Assembly: GCF_009834535.1 (NCBI RefSeq) | Contig: NC_045698.1 | Location: 3,970,001 to 4,034,000, forward strand | DNA length: 64,000 bases | Source of the DNA: Camelus ferus | Lineage: Eukaryota | Direction: 5' to 3' | Part shown: piece by piece, positions 13,610 to 26,999 of the stretch | How the letters are laid out: every line of letters begins with the position of its first letter | Position numbering within the stretch: the first letter of the stretch is position 1 | The notes under the pieces: generated by a model | The model's input: the letters and a program-made list of their open reading frames with translations, nothing else | Told to the model about the DNA's origin: nothing | The model's database searches: none | Made by a program: the position numbers and the translations under genes

Positions 13610-13895
13610 CTCTGACCTCCTATCAAGGTCAGCCTGGCATGTTACTCCCAGGACCCACACGCCACTCACCCCTCATCTCTTTACCCAGATGTCCCCTTTT
13701 CAGGAATGCCTTCCACTGATTTAAATTTGCAGCCACTCTCTCCAGCACCGCCTGCTCCCTCTCCACGATTACTTGTCTCCAAAATATCTATCATCTAAGC
13801 TGTTGTATATTTTACTTGTTTCTTTTATCAGGGGTATTTCAGTGCCTAGAAAAACGAAAATGCCACATAGCAGTTACTATTTATTGATTGAATAA
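13610..13895 (+). mobile_element. LINE-2 3' end fragment
   Basis: tgtcccctttt caggaatgccttcc ... cagtgcctagaa ... ttactatttattgattgaataa resembles the L2 3' terminus. Confidence 0.5.
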
Positions 13896-15446
13896 GGGAA
13901 AAGACAGCAATTGTGAGTATCTTAAATATCCAGATTGGGCCAACAGAGCAACTGTCTAAGGAGTTAAGTTTGAGCTAAACACAGAAAACCTAGGTAATTA
14001 ATAATAAAAACCAAAAGCATTAAAATTGTTCAAGATGAGTACATTGAGTTGGCCAAAGTATACATGTGTGTATATTTCATTTAGAAAGTGTAGATAATGT
14101 TATACAGCAAGAAGCAAAGAGAGAAAGTAATTTTTGTAATCGGAGTCCACTTGATTGACAAGATAAAAATTGTCTTGAATATCCCATCAATCCTACTTTG
14201 TATAAAAGATAACTATTAATTTAAAAAATTGGGATGAGTTATTTTGCAAAATGAGAGTGTATTCAGCAGTTTTCTTTAAGAAAGACATCTCTGTATATCC
14301 CAAGGCTTATGGGATCTGCCTTTTAAGAAAAAAAAAGTAATCCTGGCTGTAAAAGTCAAGCATATAAATTCCCTTATAAACAATTGTCTGATAAACCTTT
14401 ATACCTTTCCCCAAATGTGACTAAGGGCAGTGTCAGCTAGAATGTTTATTATTGTAAACCCGACATATTTATGTATCCATTTGGTTCTCTGTCCTCAAGA
14501 TGATCACTCATTTATTCAGTCACTCAGTCAATAAACATTAATCAATCAGCAGATATTGAGAGAGGGCCTGTTATGTGCAGGACCCTGAGTTACATATTAC
14601 AGAGGATGAAATGATGGTCTCTCTACCCTTGCCAAGCGTATTTCTCAGATGGGGAGACAAGGTGCATTAGCATCCTCCCCACTGGCCCTCTGACTCCAAA
14701 AGCACACTACAGTCAAGCAAAAAGAAAAGAACTGGGCCCCGAAGGAACAAGAGTGTAGACGTGGGGATGGGTGAGCAGCCTGGCGAGGCTGGCTGTGGTC
14801 TGTCGTGTGCAAGCGATGAAGGCAGGTTTGGCCAAGTGGAAGCAGGTTCTGAGTGCCAGTCGGGAGCCTGGACCTGACCCGTGACGCATCAGCACCTTCA
14901 CACTGAGGCAAGGCGTCAAGGGGAAGACTGGGATGGGATGGCCAGCCTGGGTGAATCTGCCAACGCGAGCTGCGCTGAGAAACAGTAGCTGGTCTTATAG
15001 TTCTTCCCCGAAATGATGCAAAATGAGTCTGCAAGACACTGGATTTTGGGAGTAGTAATTGGATAGGATGTAGGCTTTCAATATGTTTGATTTAGATAGA
15101 CAGGGAGCTACCTCAGCACGGGCCAGAAATAGAAAATAGTTCTTACAGGACACAGAACACTTGGTCTGAGCTTATAAATGAGATTGTTCAGGGCACCAGG
15201 CTTCCATCTGTAATATAATCTTTTCCAGCCAGCATGTGACTCAGCTGGCTTGGAAGGGTCTGGGCAAGCAGTGAGACCACCTGGGCATTTGACAGGCTGC
15301 AGGTCCTCCACCCTGAGCCCCTAACTAACGCTACGACATTGCAGGCGAGCCACGATGGTAGTTCCAGCAGATATGTAATGTCCGGCACCTATTGGAGGCT
15401 GAAAACCACAAAGGACCCCTTTCAAGTCCAGTTTCCCATTACTTAC

Positions 15447-15579
15447 TTGTGCTCTGCTACACCTCCTTCTGCTCTTTGGTGAAGGACAAAAAGGTGGATT
15501 TTTAAGCAGCTGATCAGGACACAGAGAGACCTGCTGGCCGGGACCTCCGAGTCCCACGTCCATCGAGGCCAAATCGCAG
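15447..15579 (-). pseudogene. Chain A exon, 133 bp (probably 5' UTR)
   Basis: Long pyrimidine tract ctcctctcctgctgtctgtgctctcag| and consensus donor AA|gtaagt. Confidence 0.5.
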
Positions 15580-17069
15580 CTGAGAGCACAGACAGCAGGA
15601 GAGGAGCTCCAGCACCTGTGTCTCATCCCTACGCAGGTGCAGGACAAAAAGGCCCGGACGCAGCCGCGAGAGGCTGTTGGAAAGGAGAGCTCCTTGCTTC
15701 ACTGTAGGAGCGAGAGCTGCGGGGCACAGCTCAGCCTGGAGCTCCTTTCCAGCAAGCTGCTCGCTTACTCCAGTCCATCCCATGTGCCCACAGTCTCCAG
15801 CGAGACTTCCAGGACATTCCCCGAGGAGAAAGTGGTGGCCGGTTCTTACACACACGCTACAGGTCAGAGTCAGCCCCCACTGCCACCCACGGACCCGAAG
15901 AGTTCTGCTCCGTTGTGCTGCACAGAAGGTAAACCTAGTTCTGGGCGTGGCTTCAGGAATGTCGCCTTCCCCGTCTGCATAACCCACCCGAATCCCTGGT
16001 GTCCTCTGGAAATGACCAACGCACGAGCACTTCTGAGGTGGGCTGACAGCACCATCTTCATGGATAAGAAGAGCAATAAGAAAAGCAAACCGTGTGCAGG
16101 GAACAACAGGGGTGTTTCTCCCCCAAAGTCCCAACGTCCCACAGTCACTCAGACACACCTTCCTGGTTTAATCTTCCTCCTGCTTCCGTGATAACTGAGT
16201 GTCAAAGGGCCGAAGTTAGAGTCGAAGAAAACCAGCTGTGGACTCTCTCTTCGTTTTCATGTTATGCAGACTCAACTCTCCTACCTTATACGTAATAGCA
16301 ACGATTTTTAATTGGGGTGAGTAGTGTGCTCTTAGTCTCTCCAATGTAAACGCTAAAAATCCTTTCTCTGTCACACGAAAAGGCTGCAGGGATTTTGTTT
16401 TTAAGTGCTGGTTGCGGACAGCAGCTGCCTTCTGGCCCACCTGCAACTTCAAAGACCAGGAACGGGCTGTGCTCCCAGCCAGACAGGCACAGTTGGCCCG
16501 GGCAGGGCTCTGGGCATCACCTGCAGCCTGGCCCACGGAAGCCTGGCAGAGCCTGCGGGCAGCTTCCTGCTCCTGGGCAGGTGGGGAGGGAGCAGCGGCC
16601 AGGCGGTTCCCAGGCGCTTTCCCAGACACCTGGGCTCGGGCTCGAGACCTGCTGGGCACCCACCTGTGCCTCCAGGGCTGGCAGTGCTCTGGCGCCCCCT
16701 CCCCAGCAGCAGGGGTGATGGGGAGCTGCTCTGCTACGACCCTGGCAGGCTAGCACGTGGCACAAAGCTTTGGCAGGGAAGACAAAGGGCGGTTCGCTGA
16801 GTCCCTGTCTGACTTCTGCTGGCACGTCCGTCCCTGCCCTGGCTGGGGAGGCATTTTTTAGACACACTGGGGAATCCAGTGGGCTCTCCCATCTCCCACG
16901 TAGCACTGGCCATTCTCCCCCAAATCCATGCATTCCTACATGTGCCAATCCTCTCTCCTTCTCTCTGCTCCCTTCCTCATTTCTTCCTCTTTTTCTATTT
17001 TCCTCCCTTCACTTCACAACCTCCCCATCTGTTTATTCAAGCCTAGATTCCTACTTTACAAATACTTTT

Positions 17070-17416
17070 TTCCTCTCCCATTTTATCCCTCCCTCGCCCC
17101 CTTCCCCACCTGGTGACCATAGGTTTGTTTTCTATGTCTGTGAGTCTGTCTCTGTTTTGTAAATAAGTTCATTTGTGTCCTTTTTTTTCTTTTTTAGATT
17201 TCACGTATAAGTGGTATCGTATGGTATTTTTCTTTCTCTGTTTGACTTACTTCACTTAGATTGATGACCTCCAGGTCCATCCATGCTGCTGAAAATGGCA
17301 TTAATTTATTCTTTTTATGGCTGAGTAGTATTCCATTGTATAAATGTACCACAACTTCTTTCTCCAGTCATCTGTTGATGAACATTCAGATTGTTTCCAT
17401 GTCCTGGCTGTTGTAA
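17070..17416 (-). mobile_element. L1 fragment (ORF2 3' end / 3' UTR), antisense
   Basis: Conserved L1 motifs: gacttacttcacttag; ccatccatgctgctgaaaatggca; tttttatggctgagtagtattccattgta; ttccatgtcctggctgttgtaa. Confidence 0.9.
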
Positions 17417-18405
17417 GTTCTTGGTTTTAAAATCCTGTGGGGAGAGAAATAAAGCCAGACCTCTCAGGTAAACTGGTCTGAACTGGCTTCCTTTCTAATT
17501 CTTTATTCATTTAAAAAATCGGTGCATTCTATTATTTTAAGTGCCAAGTCGTATCAGAGGAAGAAACAATGTTATTGGTCCTGTCTTCAAGGCTTCTACC
17601 ATCTCAGACAGGTGCCACCACTGACCAAGAGCCAGGCCGTGAGGAGGGGGCTGGGCAGGGTCGCCCAGGAGCTGTGGGTCAATGGTGAGATGGGTCCTGT
17701 TTGCATCACAAGACTAGTGCTCACTCTGGGTCCCGAGACCTGGGGAAGGGGCATGGCTGTCTAGGAGGGGTCACTGGAGAGAGGAGGGTTGTCCTGGCAC
17801 TGAGGTCACAGACACAGTGGGCAGGGAGCAGTGTCCTGTGCAGGCCTTCCCTTCCACCGTCATGGAAGTGAGGGCATCCGAGGAGGAGAGCCGAGAGCCT
17901 TGGGACTCACGATTGCCAGGCCTTAGGAGCTCCCGGAGGGGCTTCTGGAGACGTCCAGGGCACGGGGGATGGGGGGTGGGGTGGTGCAGGGCCCTGATCC
18001 CTGTGTGCACCTGTCCCCTCCACTTCTATCCTGCGTGCCCCCACGGCACCAGAGCCCAGACGCCACAGCAGCTGCAGCAGCCCGGCGTCCTCCTGAGGGG
18101 GACACGTTAGGAGGTAAATTTGGACAGAGTCGCCCTCACCAGATGGGGAGGGTCCTCCCTCCGTGCCCCCACCTGGTGGCCCCAGAGTGACCGATGCGGC
18201 GGAGGCGAGAGACAGGAGGGGTGGAGGAGAGCGGACCGGGGACCACAGCACGTCTGGGCTGAGCCTCCACCTGCTGCACGGCTTACAGATCTCCGCTTCC
18301 TCCCGCCTGCTCACTGGCGTTGGAGCCCGCGAAGGAGGGATCCCAATGTCTTGAGAAGAAGGAGTTTAGAACAGAGTTGAGGACTGCTCTCTGAGCAAAG
18401 CAATA

Positions 18406-18505
18406 TTCCTTCCTTCCTTCCTTCCTTCCTTCCTTCCTTCCTTCCTTCCTTCCTTCCTTCCTTCCTTCCTTCCTCCCTCCCTCCCTCCCTCCCTTCCATC
18501 CTTCC
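18406..18505 (+). repeat. (TTCC)n/(TCCC)n microsatellite
   Basis: Read directly from the sequence. Confidence 0.95.
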
Positions 18506-18589
18506 GTTCCCACACCCCTTTACTTAGAAAGGCCCCGGTCACCTAGGTAGCAAGTCAGGCTTTAAGACTATTTGATGGACTTAGATGTC

Positions 18590-19350
18590 CCACTGCCGAC
18601 GCCCTCTTGGCGAAGATGAGACTGCTTCATCCACACGCAGACGTCAGGGCCTCGGGTGGACGCCTGGTTTCCTCCCTCCCCTCTTCCCAGTTCCCATCAC
18701 CCCCCTGAGTGCTGTCAACGTCAACAGTATTTGCAGCGGCCCCCACCCCGAAGGCCGCTCTCTGAAGAGGCACAAGCCAGTTGGAAAACGCGTGCACGGC
18801 TGCGCGGGCTGCAAAGGGTTCTCCCGGAAAGCCTGGCTGTTGTGTCCCTGGGCCCCCCAGGCCCGGAGCCGGGAACGCGGACTCTCGCTTCCGCCGGCAG
18901 AGGGCGCGCGGCAGCTTGGCCGGGGCGCCCCGCGCGGAGGTCCCCGCGCCCCGGGGGTGGCGTCTGCCAGCTGTTCGGTGTCAGAACTGCCTTTCGCTCG
19001 TGCCAGTCAGCGCTGTGCGCTGGGCGCGCTCCGCGGACCCCAGCGAGCCCGGGGACCGCCCCTCTTGGGGACCACTAGTTACTGCGCGGAGACGCAGAGC
19101 TGGCCTCCCCTGAGCCCTGGATTTTAGAGGCGCCCCAAGCGCTGCCACGTACAGGCTGCAGTTGGGTCCGCTCACCTGCCAGCGGGACGGCGACCCGTGG
19201 GCGCCCTGGTGGGGCCCACTTCTCGGAAGGTGTGCGGTCTGCTACTCGTGGTTACTCCCTGCAGGGCCCTGGAAAACTCCGGAAAACTGCGAGTCCCAGC
19301 GATTGGACTCATCGGATGCACGGTGGGGCCCTGGCCCACCCACCTGGGGC
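18590..19350. promoter_or_regulatory. CpG island / promoter
   Basis: About 750 bp of high GC with the densest CpG in the window; contains a minus-strand consensus donor CAG|GTGAGC at 19176. Confidence 0.8.
19279..19306. promoter_or_regulatory. ETS + ZNF143/SBS-like + CCAAT motif cluster
   Basis: CCGGAA (19279-19284); AACTGCGAGTCCCAGC resembling the ACTACAnnTCCCAG promoter motif; ATTGG (19302-19306), i.e. CCAAT on the minus strand. Confidence 0.5.
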
Positions 19351-21989
19351 CTCGCCACCAGTAATTCTTCCTCCTTCAGACTCAGTCCCCACTCTGCTAC
19401 AGTTTGTTTAGTTGGTTGCTTTTTGTTTTTTCCTGTTCTTTCGTCCCTGGTAATTGGAAAACAGGAATGGACGGTGTTTAATAACCCAGGCGTTGTTATT
19501 TTTGGCAATAACTGTACAACAAACACCAAGCTTGCGGTGTCAGTAACGTGTCTGGGTACCAATGTCAATGCCACGTAGGGGGCATCAGAGTTTCTCATTC
19601 CCTAAGATAACCTGGCAATGTCAGTAAGTTTCTTGGTTCTCTTCTGATAAACTGCACCAACAGCCAACATTCTGAGAAGTTTCCCGCTTTTATAAATTAT
19701 CTTTTTTTTTCACTGCAGACAATTCCTCAGCTTCACATTAGCTCTTAACTGTGATTCATGAAGTAATAAAGGAATCCTTTATTCAAGAAGCCACTTATCC
19801 TGCTAAAAATTCTTTCTTTATTAGCTTTTTCATTATGAGACTGTAGCAGTCATCCATTTCTTAAAAAGAGCCGGATTCCTTATCTCTGGAGAGAGAGATG
19901 TGAGAGACATATAAATAGCTTAGCAGCTGGACCGGTCATCTGCCAGAAGTTCAAAAGTGAGTAAGTCCAGCTTCTCAGTTATCCTGGGGACTCTCCCAAA
20001 GCCAGAAATCTCAGAATCCGTCGGTGGCTCAACGTGGACTCTCCTTCGGAGATTCTGGCTACACCTGGCTTTGTGGTTAGCATTTCAGTTGAGGTATTTG
20101 CATTTGGAGCATCTCTAAAAAATTCATGATGGGCGATTTCCCCCAAGTCTAATTCATCTGAGATCTTCCATGTAGGCAGACTCTAGTCCATGCCTGCCTT
20201 GCTGGGGAAAACTTTAAAGTGTGCATTTCCCTCTGGACACTGAGCAAAGGCCCCTTGGCCTCTGGAGATAACTTAAGGGGACTTGTGACGAGGCCCCGCT
20301 CATGACCGCTCCTGTCTGTGCTCGGCCGGGTCCAGCACGTGCTCTTGGTGTGTTTGTGGGACTTCTTTTATTTCCCCGGAAACCTACTCTTCTGGGCTTA
20401 CGGATGCTCCCAAGTTGGTTCATGTTATCGACCCACAGATTAAAGCGAGAGTAGGTGGAGCTGAATGTGACATCAGAAATGTGAGAGGAGAACGGGACTG
20501 CTTTGTTATGTGAGGAGAGGAGCCTGACGTTTAATCGTCTGTCTTACCGTCTGCACAGAAACGGTACGTATTTGCTAAAAAGCAGTTCTGAGTGACTCAG
20601 AGAGTCAGTACCTTGCCCCGCCTTTCTGGAAATGTGGAGTGTATTATATTTTATTCCTTTCATTTCCAACTGAGTATAAGAAATGGAAATTAGACCTTTG
20701 CTTGGTTTTTCTCTGATCAATGTTCCTGCTCATGCCAGACCCTAGTCACTTCTCCCAAGACTAGTGGGTCCTTTAAAAGTTTCTTTTGTGTCCCCAATGT
20801 AAAAAAGCTGTGTGTTTTATGGAATGCCACCCAGGAGGCCACCAGCACACGTAGGCAGGTACCTTCCACAGCGAGTGATAATCATGCGCCCTTTATTCTG
20901 TTTGGAGACACAGGAGGTCTGCAAGGCTGGCGAGTGGCCAGTCCTCCTGTCTTTAAAGATTCCAGTCTTTGCAGGTCAACAGACACTGGGTGGAGGTGTT
21001 CCTGTGCCATTGACTTCCACAAAAGTGGCAAAGGATAGGATTCTCCCAAGGTGCTGATCTGAGAATAAAGATCCCAGATAGATGAAATTTTCAAATAAAA
21101 CTGTGGCTGATTATTCATTTGTGCCCTGTTAGTGCCTGCATAGCAACTGAATGAATAAACGAGTGGGGTGACCAAGCAAATAGGTGTCTGCCGGGAACGC
21201 AGGTTTGTTCAGCCAGAGCACAAGCAAAGCTCAGCAAAGTGCAGGAGATTTTTTTATTTCATCTCTTTTAAATGCTGGGATAATTACGTGTCAGAAAAGC
21301 CCTTTTAATGTATAGATGAGTAAATAATAAACCATTATGCAGAAAATCACAGGTAACACATGGGAAACTGAACTGAGTATAATTTAGCTACAGTACCCAG
21401 TCTTTGAAAGGATATTAGGAGATTATAAGATGGACAGCAGGTTTGGAGAAGCTTGAATGTGGCATAAAAATTACGGTAACACGTGTTGGAAGGGGAGCGA
21501 TGAGAGACGTACAAGTTAAGTCACTACAATAATCTAGCACTCCCTCAAGCGAGATCCATGGTGATTAATTTTATGTTGTTATATCACTTGTAATAAGGAT
21601 ATGACAATAGTAAGAATAAATAAAATTAAATATTTTTTAAATTGGTGGTTGTGGATTTCCAAAAACGAGGCGATAAAGGAAGAATTTAGAAAACTATTTG
21701 ATTCCTAGAACTCCTTTTTCTGGAAGAATCTGCAGGATGATTGTTTGTAGGTAATACTTTGGGAAATGTGGATAAAACATGGTAAGGGTCTGATCTGGGC
21801 TCTGGGAGTTGGAAGGGAGAGAGAAGGGAGCAGTTCTGAGAACTTCTGCTGGGCTGGACCCCACGGGACCCCAGAACGTCTCATGAGATGGAGGAGAGAA
21901 TGCAGACACGGTGGACCTGGCTGGAAGCAGATGAGCAGTCTTGCATGAAGCTGACGGGATCCTGCTCATCTTCCTGGACCCTTCCCTCC

Positions 21990-22378
21990 AGCACACACCA
22001 CTGGCTTCCTCTGAAGCACCTGCAGCTCCATCTCTGGCTGTCTTCTCTGCTCAGAGGGGTGCACCTGAGGCTGACCGAGAGTGCCAGCACACCAGTGAGC
22101 CTGGGAGCAGCCCCAGGCGATGGAGGACTGGGGTGGGGGCGCTTAGTCCCGCTTCCGCATCCTACGAGGCAGTCTGCGCAGTCTCCCAGAGCCCCTGGGA
22201 TGGAGTCCCAGATTTCCACAGCTGTAACTTGCCAGGAATGCATGCCGCACTGGCTTTCCCCCTTCCTGCTCTCACTTCCCCCCTCTTCCTGGTGCCTCCT
22301 GGGGTCACCTCCCCAATTAACCACTTCCACTCACATCCTGATCTCGAGGTCAGCTCCAGGAGAACACAAACTAAGACA
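21990..22378 (+). mobile_element. ERVL LTR, LTR16-like
   Basis: The 3' end cctcctggggtcacctccccaattaaccact...aggagaacacaaactaagaca matches the LTR16-type terminus. Confidence 0.65.
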
Positions 22379-23375
22379 GATGCTTAACTGAAAAAGAGAA
22401 CACCTCATCCTTTTCATCACGATTCTTGTGTGCTACATCATCCTTTTCTGTACGAGTGCTCCACCTCACCTTTGTATCTGCCCACCTGTCTATCCATCCA
22501 TCATCTACCAGTCACCCGTCTGTCCATTTATCTATCTGCCCATCTATCAAGATACAGGATACAAGCAAATAGCAAAGCTACCTTCATCACTGGGTGATGC
22601 GGACAAGGGAGAGTTGACTCTGCGTGTATGTGTGTGCGCGCCCCTTTGCATATTGTTCAAGCATCCTAAAACACTTAGGATATACACTTAGTTTTATCTT
22701 TAGGAGGAAACTTAAATGTTTTTACAATGCTTGCATAAAAGACTGAAGATTTTATACTCAACTTCCACGCTCTGTTGGCACACCCTTACTTGGAAGGAAT
22801 GGCAACATTGATACATGTATTCAGCACCTCTCTTCCTTCAAAATGTAAGAAAAAAGAGAAGGAACCATAAAGCATTGTACTGACTAGCTAGTGCCACGTT
22901 CGTTACGAGGGAGGTGGTGAAGCTGTTCCATCAGCTTCGGTGTGGGACAGTCCCTCTGCCATGTGACACACTAACTCCAGGAACCCGCGCCTCCACCAGG
23001 GATTATGACTCACCCTCACCTACACGCGGCCACGAGGCGGCTTTGCTTTGCTTCTGAATCAGTGACATTTTAATCCCTTGCACTGTAGACCGTTTTCATA
23101 AAATGTGCAGTCACCAGGATCTCTGAGTTAAATTTAACTCAGATTGAGTTGGAGAATCCTTTGTCAGCAAGGATCAGCCTGGTTCACAGGGAACTAGAAA
23201 TTGTAGGTCTGTGATGAATAGTGTCGGCTTCCTACCTGATGGGTCTGTGCATCAGGGGAGGGAGGGCCTGACCAAGATGCAGAGAGTTTAACAGCTCCCT
23301 GGCTTCCAGCTCAGGGTGAGGCCTTTAGAGCCTCTGAGAGGACAATAACCCAGCAAGTCATTTCCAGAGTTTCCA

Positions 23376-23602
23376 TGGTGTGGGTGGATGGGTGTGTGTA
23401 TTTGTGGTGGGGGGGTTGGTGTGTGTGGGTGTGTGTGAGGGGGTTTGTGGGTGTGTGAGTACGTGTAGGGGTGTGGATTTGTGGGTAGGTATGGGTGGGT
23501 GTGTGTAGTATGTGAGTATCTGTGTGTGTGTGTGTGTGTGTGTGCGGATGTGGGTGAGTGGTTGTGTGTGGGCTTGTGGGTGGGTGTGTGTGTATCTGTG
23601 TG
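23376..23602 (+). repeat. Degenerate (GT)n/(GGGT)n low-complexity repeat
   Basis: Read directly from the sequence. Confidence 0.9.
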
Positions 23603-25309
23603 CTGCACAGGTGGGTTGAAAATCTCAGATGACTGGGGCAAGGCCAGCATTAGCTGGTCCTCAGCTAACATAAGGCCTAAGGGGAGGGAGTCCTAGGGAG
23701 GGAGGAGGGGCAAGAAAAGGCCTGGAACGTGAACCACAGCCCATCTGCTGTCCCCTCCCCATGATGGCGTTGACCACAGCAGTGTGGGGACAGTGGGGGG
23801 ACGTGGAGTGTATGGCCAGGCAAGAGTGATGGCTTTGAACGCCTTTCCCACCATCCTGCTAGATGGTGACTCTCGTTACTTTCAGAACTACAAACAGTAG
23901 TTTTATTCTCTTTAGAGAGAATTCAGCCACCCTTCTCTATGACAACAGGACAGCATGACCAGCAGCCATGGTGTAGACGACTGTCGGGTAATCCTCCAGA
24001 AGTGGCGATGAAGACCTGGAGCAGAGGCTTCCAGAGACGCATGGGAGCCGGCTGTGCTTCTGAGGCCGCCGTGCAGGTGCTGGGGACAGAAGCGTGTCCT
24101 CAGTGAGGAGGGCTGCAGCCTCCCTCCCGTGCCCCTTTCCCTCTCTCCTCCATCCGTCCGCCCCCTTAATCCCCTAGCTGGCTTCCTTGTCTCTCTACTT
24201 GCCCCTCTCTTTTGGAGGGAAGGACCCGGGACAACCCCGCAGCCAGAGGAGGGCAGAGGAGCGTGGCCACAATCTCGAGCAGGCGCGTTTGGACGCACAC
24301 ATCTGGTCTGAGCAGCCATGCTTCGTGCAGGGAGCCCTGTGCTGGGCGTTCTCCAGCTGCCCCTCTCGACCTGTCCTCCCAGCCTCCATCCCACCTGGGC
24401 TCCAGGGAGACTAAGTCTGCAGTCACCAGCTCCCTCTCCCCCTGGCTTCCTGTTGAGGACGTTCAGGGGGGACAGGGACAGAGTGAGGTCCGTGAGGGAG
24501 GCGGGTGCCCTCCCCTTCTCTGTGCTGCAGACCCAGGGGTTGTGGCCTGGGTTCATCCTTCTAGGTTCCAAATGCTGCTCCACGACTCCACCCTCTCCCC
24601 TGTCTCGGGTGATGCTCCCCCCCCCCCACTGCCTCCTCAGGACGACGGCAGGGCGCCCGGACCCCAGCTGGCTGCCTTAGCTGGCTCACCTGCTCAGGAG
24701 CAGCCCTTTCATTAAGCTCACTGGTCAGACCTCTCTGAGTGGGACTCTCTTGCAGAGACTGACTGACGGCATCTCTGCTGTTACAGTGGGTAGAGCCAAC
24801 TCCCAGGTCGGGGCATGGAGGAAGGACAAGGGGCCTTCTGTCCAGCCCCTTCCTGGGCTCCTCCCGTGTGAGCAGGAGAGCTCGTCTCTCTCTGTGAGCT
24901 GGCAGCATCAGCAGACACAGGGTCCTCAGCTTCTTTTCTCTGTCTCAAAGGCAATCCCAGGGCCGTCTGCCTGAGCATCACAACACAGGTGGTGTTAGTT
25001 GGTGACTGGATTTTCTTCAGACAGCGGGTGAGTGGCTTGTGACTGGCTGTTTTGGCCAACTCGGCCAGCTGGGACACCCCAGATGCCCCCACATGGCTCC
25101 ACACCAGACACTCAGAGCTGCTGGCCCTGGGAGCCCACTGTTCAACTGTTTCTTAGCTCTTCCTGCTTATTCCTCCCTGGTCATTCACCTGCTGCCTTGG
25201 GGAGTCTGACCAGCTAAGCTGCCGACATTTCCCTCTGAAAGCCTGCTGAGGGAGGGGAGACAAGCACAGGGCACCCGGACATTGACCGGTAGGGCTGCCA
25301 AGCTCCTCG

Positions 25310-26000
25310 AACTCAGAAATGTCAAAGCTGAATGTGACAACCCCACTCTCTCAGAAACTCTAATATTGTTCTTACTCTGTTTCCTCTAACCCATTGCCCA
25401 CCCCAGCCACCCACCAAGCATTATTCTCAAAGCCTCTCTTTGTATCATCCACACAGATCACCAACTCACTCGTGAAAATTCCATTTCCTCAGTGTTCTTG
25501 AATCAGATTCACTTTTCTCCATCCAGACCAATGGTACCCTGTTTTAGTTGACTACCGTTTGTCCTGAGATGAAACCACAGCACATTTCTTTTAAACTGGT
25601 CTCTTTGGTTCCTATCTTGGCCTTCAGAATTATTCCCCCATCTTGCTGTTAGCGTCTTCTTTCGACCCACACCTGGTCACGCTGCCTTGTAGCTCAGTGA
25701 CCTTCAGTGACAAAATCTGAGTTAACTCACAAGGCGTAGGATGCCCTATCTGACCATTTGACCCTGCTCACTTGTCCGGTCCTTTCACTAGCCAGTCCCA
25801 TCTTGCACCTTTTACTCTCACTGCTTGCCATTCTGGGACTTCCCAGACAGAAACAAAATAATCTTGTACCAATTTGGTCTTCAACTTTGCCTTTCCTTCT
25901 AATCTGCTCACCTGTCTCTCCCTCCAAATAGAATAAACAATGTTTTCGGAATGTTAACTGGACCTAGCTTCCCATTCAAAGTCTAATACAAGGACCCAAA
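25310..26000 (+). mobile_element. Degenerate LINE-2 fragments
   Basis: ctcctcgaactcagaaatgtcaaagctgaa and a downstream pyrimidine-rich tract typical of the L2 3' region. Confidence 0.45.
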
Positions 26001-26277
26001 CTGTTACATAATCAGTTCAGCCCTGACTGTGTGAAATCCCATCAAATCACCTGTAATCTTCAGGGGAGGACAGTTCCCTCATGAAGCATGCATGAGCCCT
26101 GAAGCAGACGGGGAGGGGCAGGCAGGAGGAGAGTAAGGAGATGTCTGTCCACAAGCCCCCACTTCAGTTGCCCTCAACATCTATCTCTCTCTCTCACTGT
26201 CTCAAACATGAAGACTTTATCCATCAAAGAATCAAATAATCGCAAACTATCATCCTGATGTAAAAATTGCATTTTTT

Positions 26278-26322
<45 letters not shown>
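26278..26322 (+). repeat. (GT)n(GA)n microsatellite
   Basis: Read directly from the sequence. Confidence 0.9.
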
Positions 26323-26323
<1 letters not shown>

Positions 26324-26999
26324 TAAGGATCATCTCTCACATGCAACCCTAGATATCTTCTTGGCTTAAAATGCCCTCCCTAGCATTTCACTGCCTGGAA
26401 AATGCTTTCTTACTCTTCAAGACCATCCAATCTGTTACCACCACATTTTTACATATGTCTGCAGCAAAATGTATTCATTTGCTCATTTGGTCATGAAATT
26501 CACTTCTCTATTTCACAAGTATTTATTGTCATTCCCCACTGCAGCATCACCTGGCTCTCTTAAAAGCTCCTGTAATGTTCTGTGTCTTTGGGATGAGGAC
26601 AAATCACCTTGAAGTAGCTGACAAAACTTGCGTGGACTGGTCCCTTCCCTTATCTCCAACCTCCCCCTGCAAGGGACACACATCAATATGATAGTAATGC
26701 ACAGACATCAGATCAGTGCCCGAGGAGAGCCTAGCAAACAGGAGATTTCAGCACATAGGAAAGGGCTCATCACAAATCAGGGAGAAAACAATGATTCCTT
26801 GGTGTATATCTTTGTATATACATTGTGTCATTTGTCTTTGTTTTTTAGCTGTTTAGGAAGCTCCCCAGATTGCCACATCACATTATGGTTCAGTATAATC
26901 CCAAAGAGATTAGATGTAAACTTATTAGTAAATGAGAAGATGCTTCAATAATTTTTGAAATAAATTTACATTTAATCTAAGGATGGAAGAAGAACTTGT

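Larger units (their letters stand above)
1231..19270 (-). pseudogene. Candidate decayed multi-exon gene or lncRNA 'A', transcribed leftwards from the CpG island
   Basis: Minus-strand AG/GT-bounded exons: ~19270-19176 (CAG|GTGAGC), 16352-16285 (weak), 15579-15447 (AA|GTAAGT), 12832-12701, 8154-8092, 7940-7770, 4887-4840, possibly 4220-4025, and a last exon ~1799-1231 with AATAAA at 1240-1231. Every spliced frame contains stops. Confidence 0.4.

Noticed and set aside
15514..17162. Cluster of overlapping 100-214 aa ORFs on both strands
   Set aside because: Expected in GC-rich, stop-poor sequence; no recognisable protein.
18585..19598. 110-180 aa ORFs in the CpG island
   Set aside because: R/P/G/A-rich by-products of high GC content.
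23912..25104. 223-aa and 167-aa ORFs
   Set aside because: GC-rich region open in several frames, with no coding signature.
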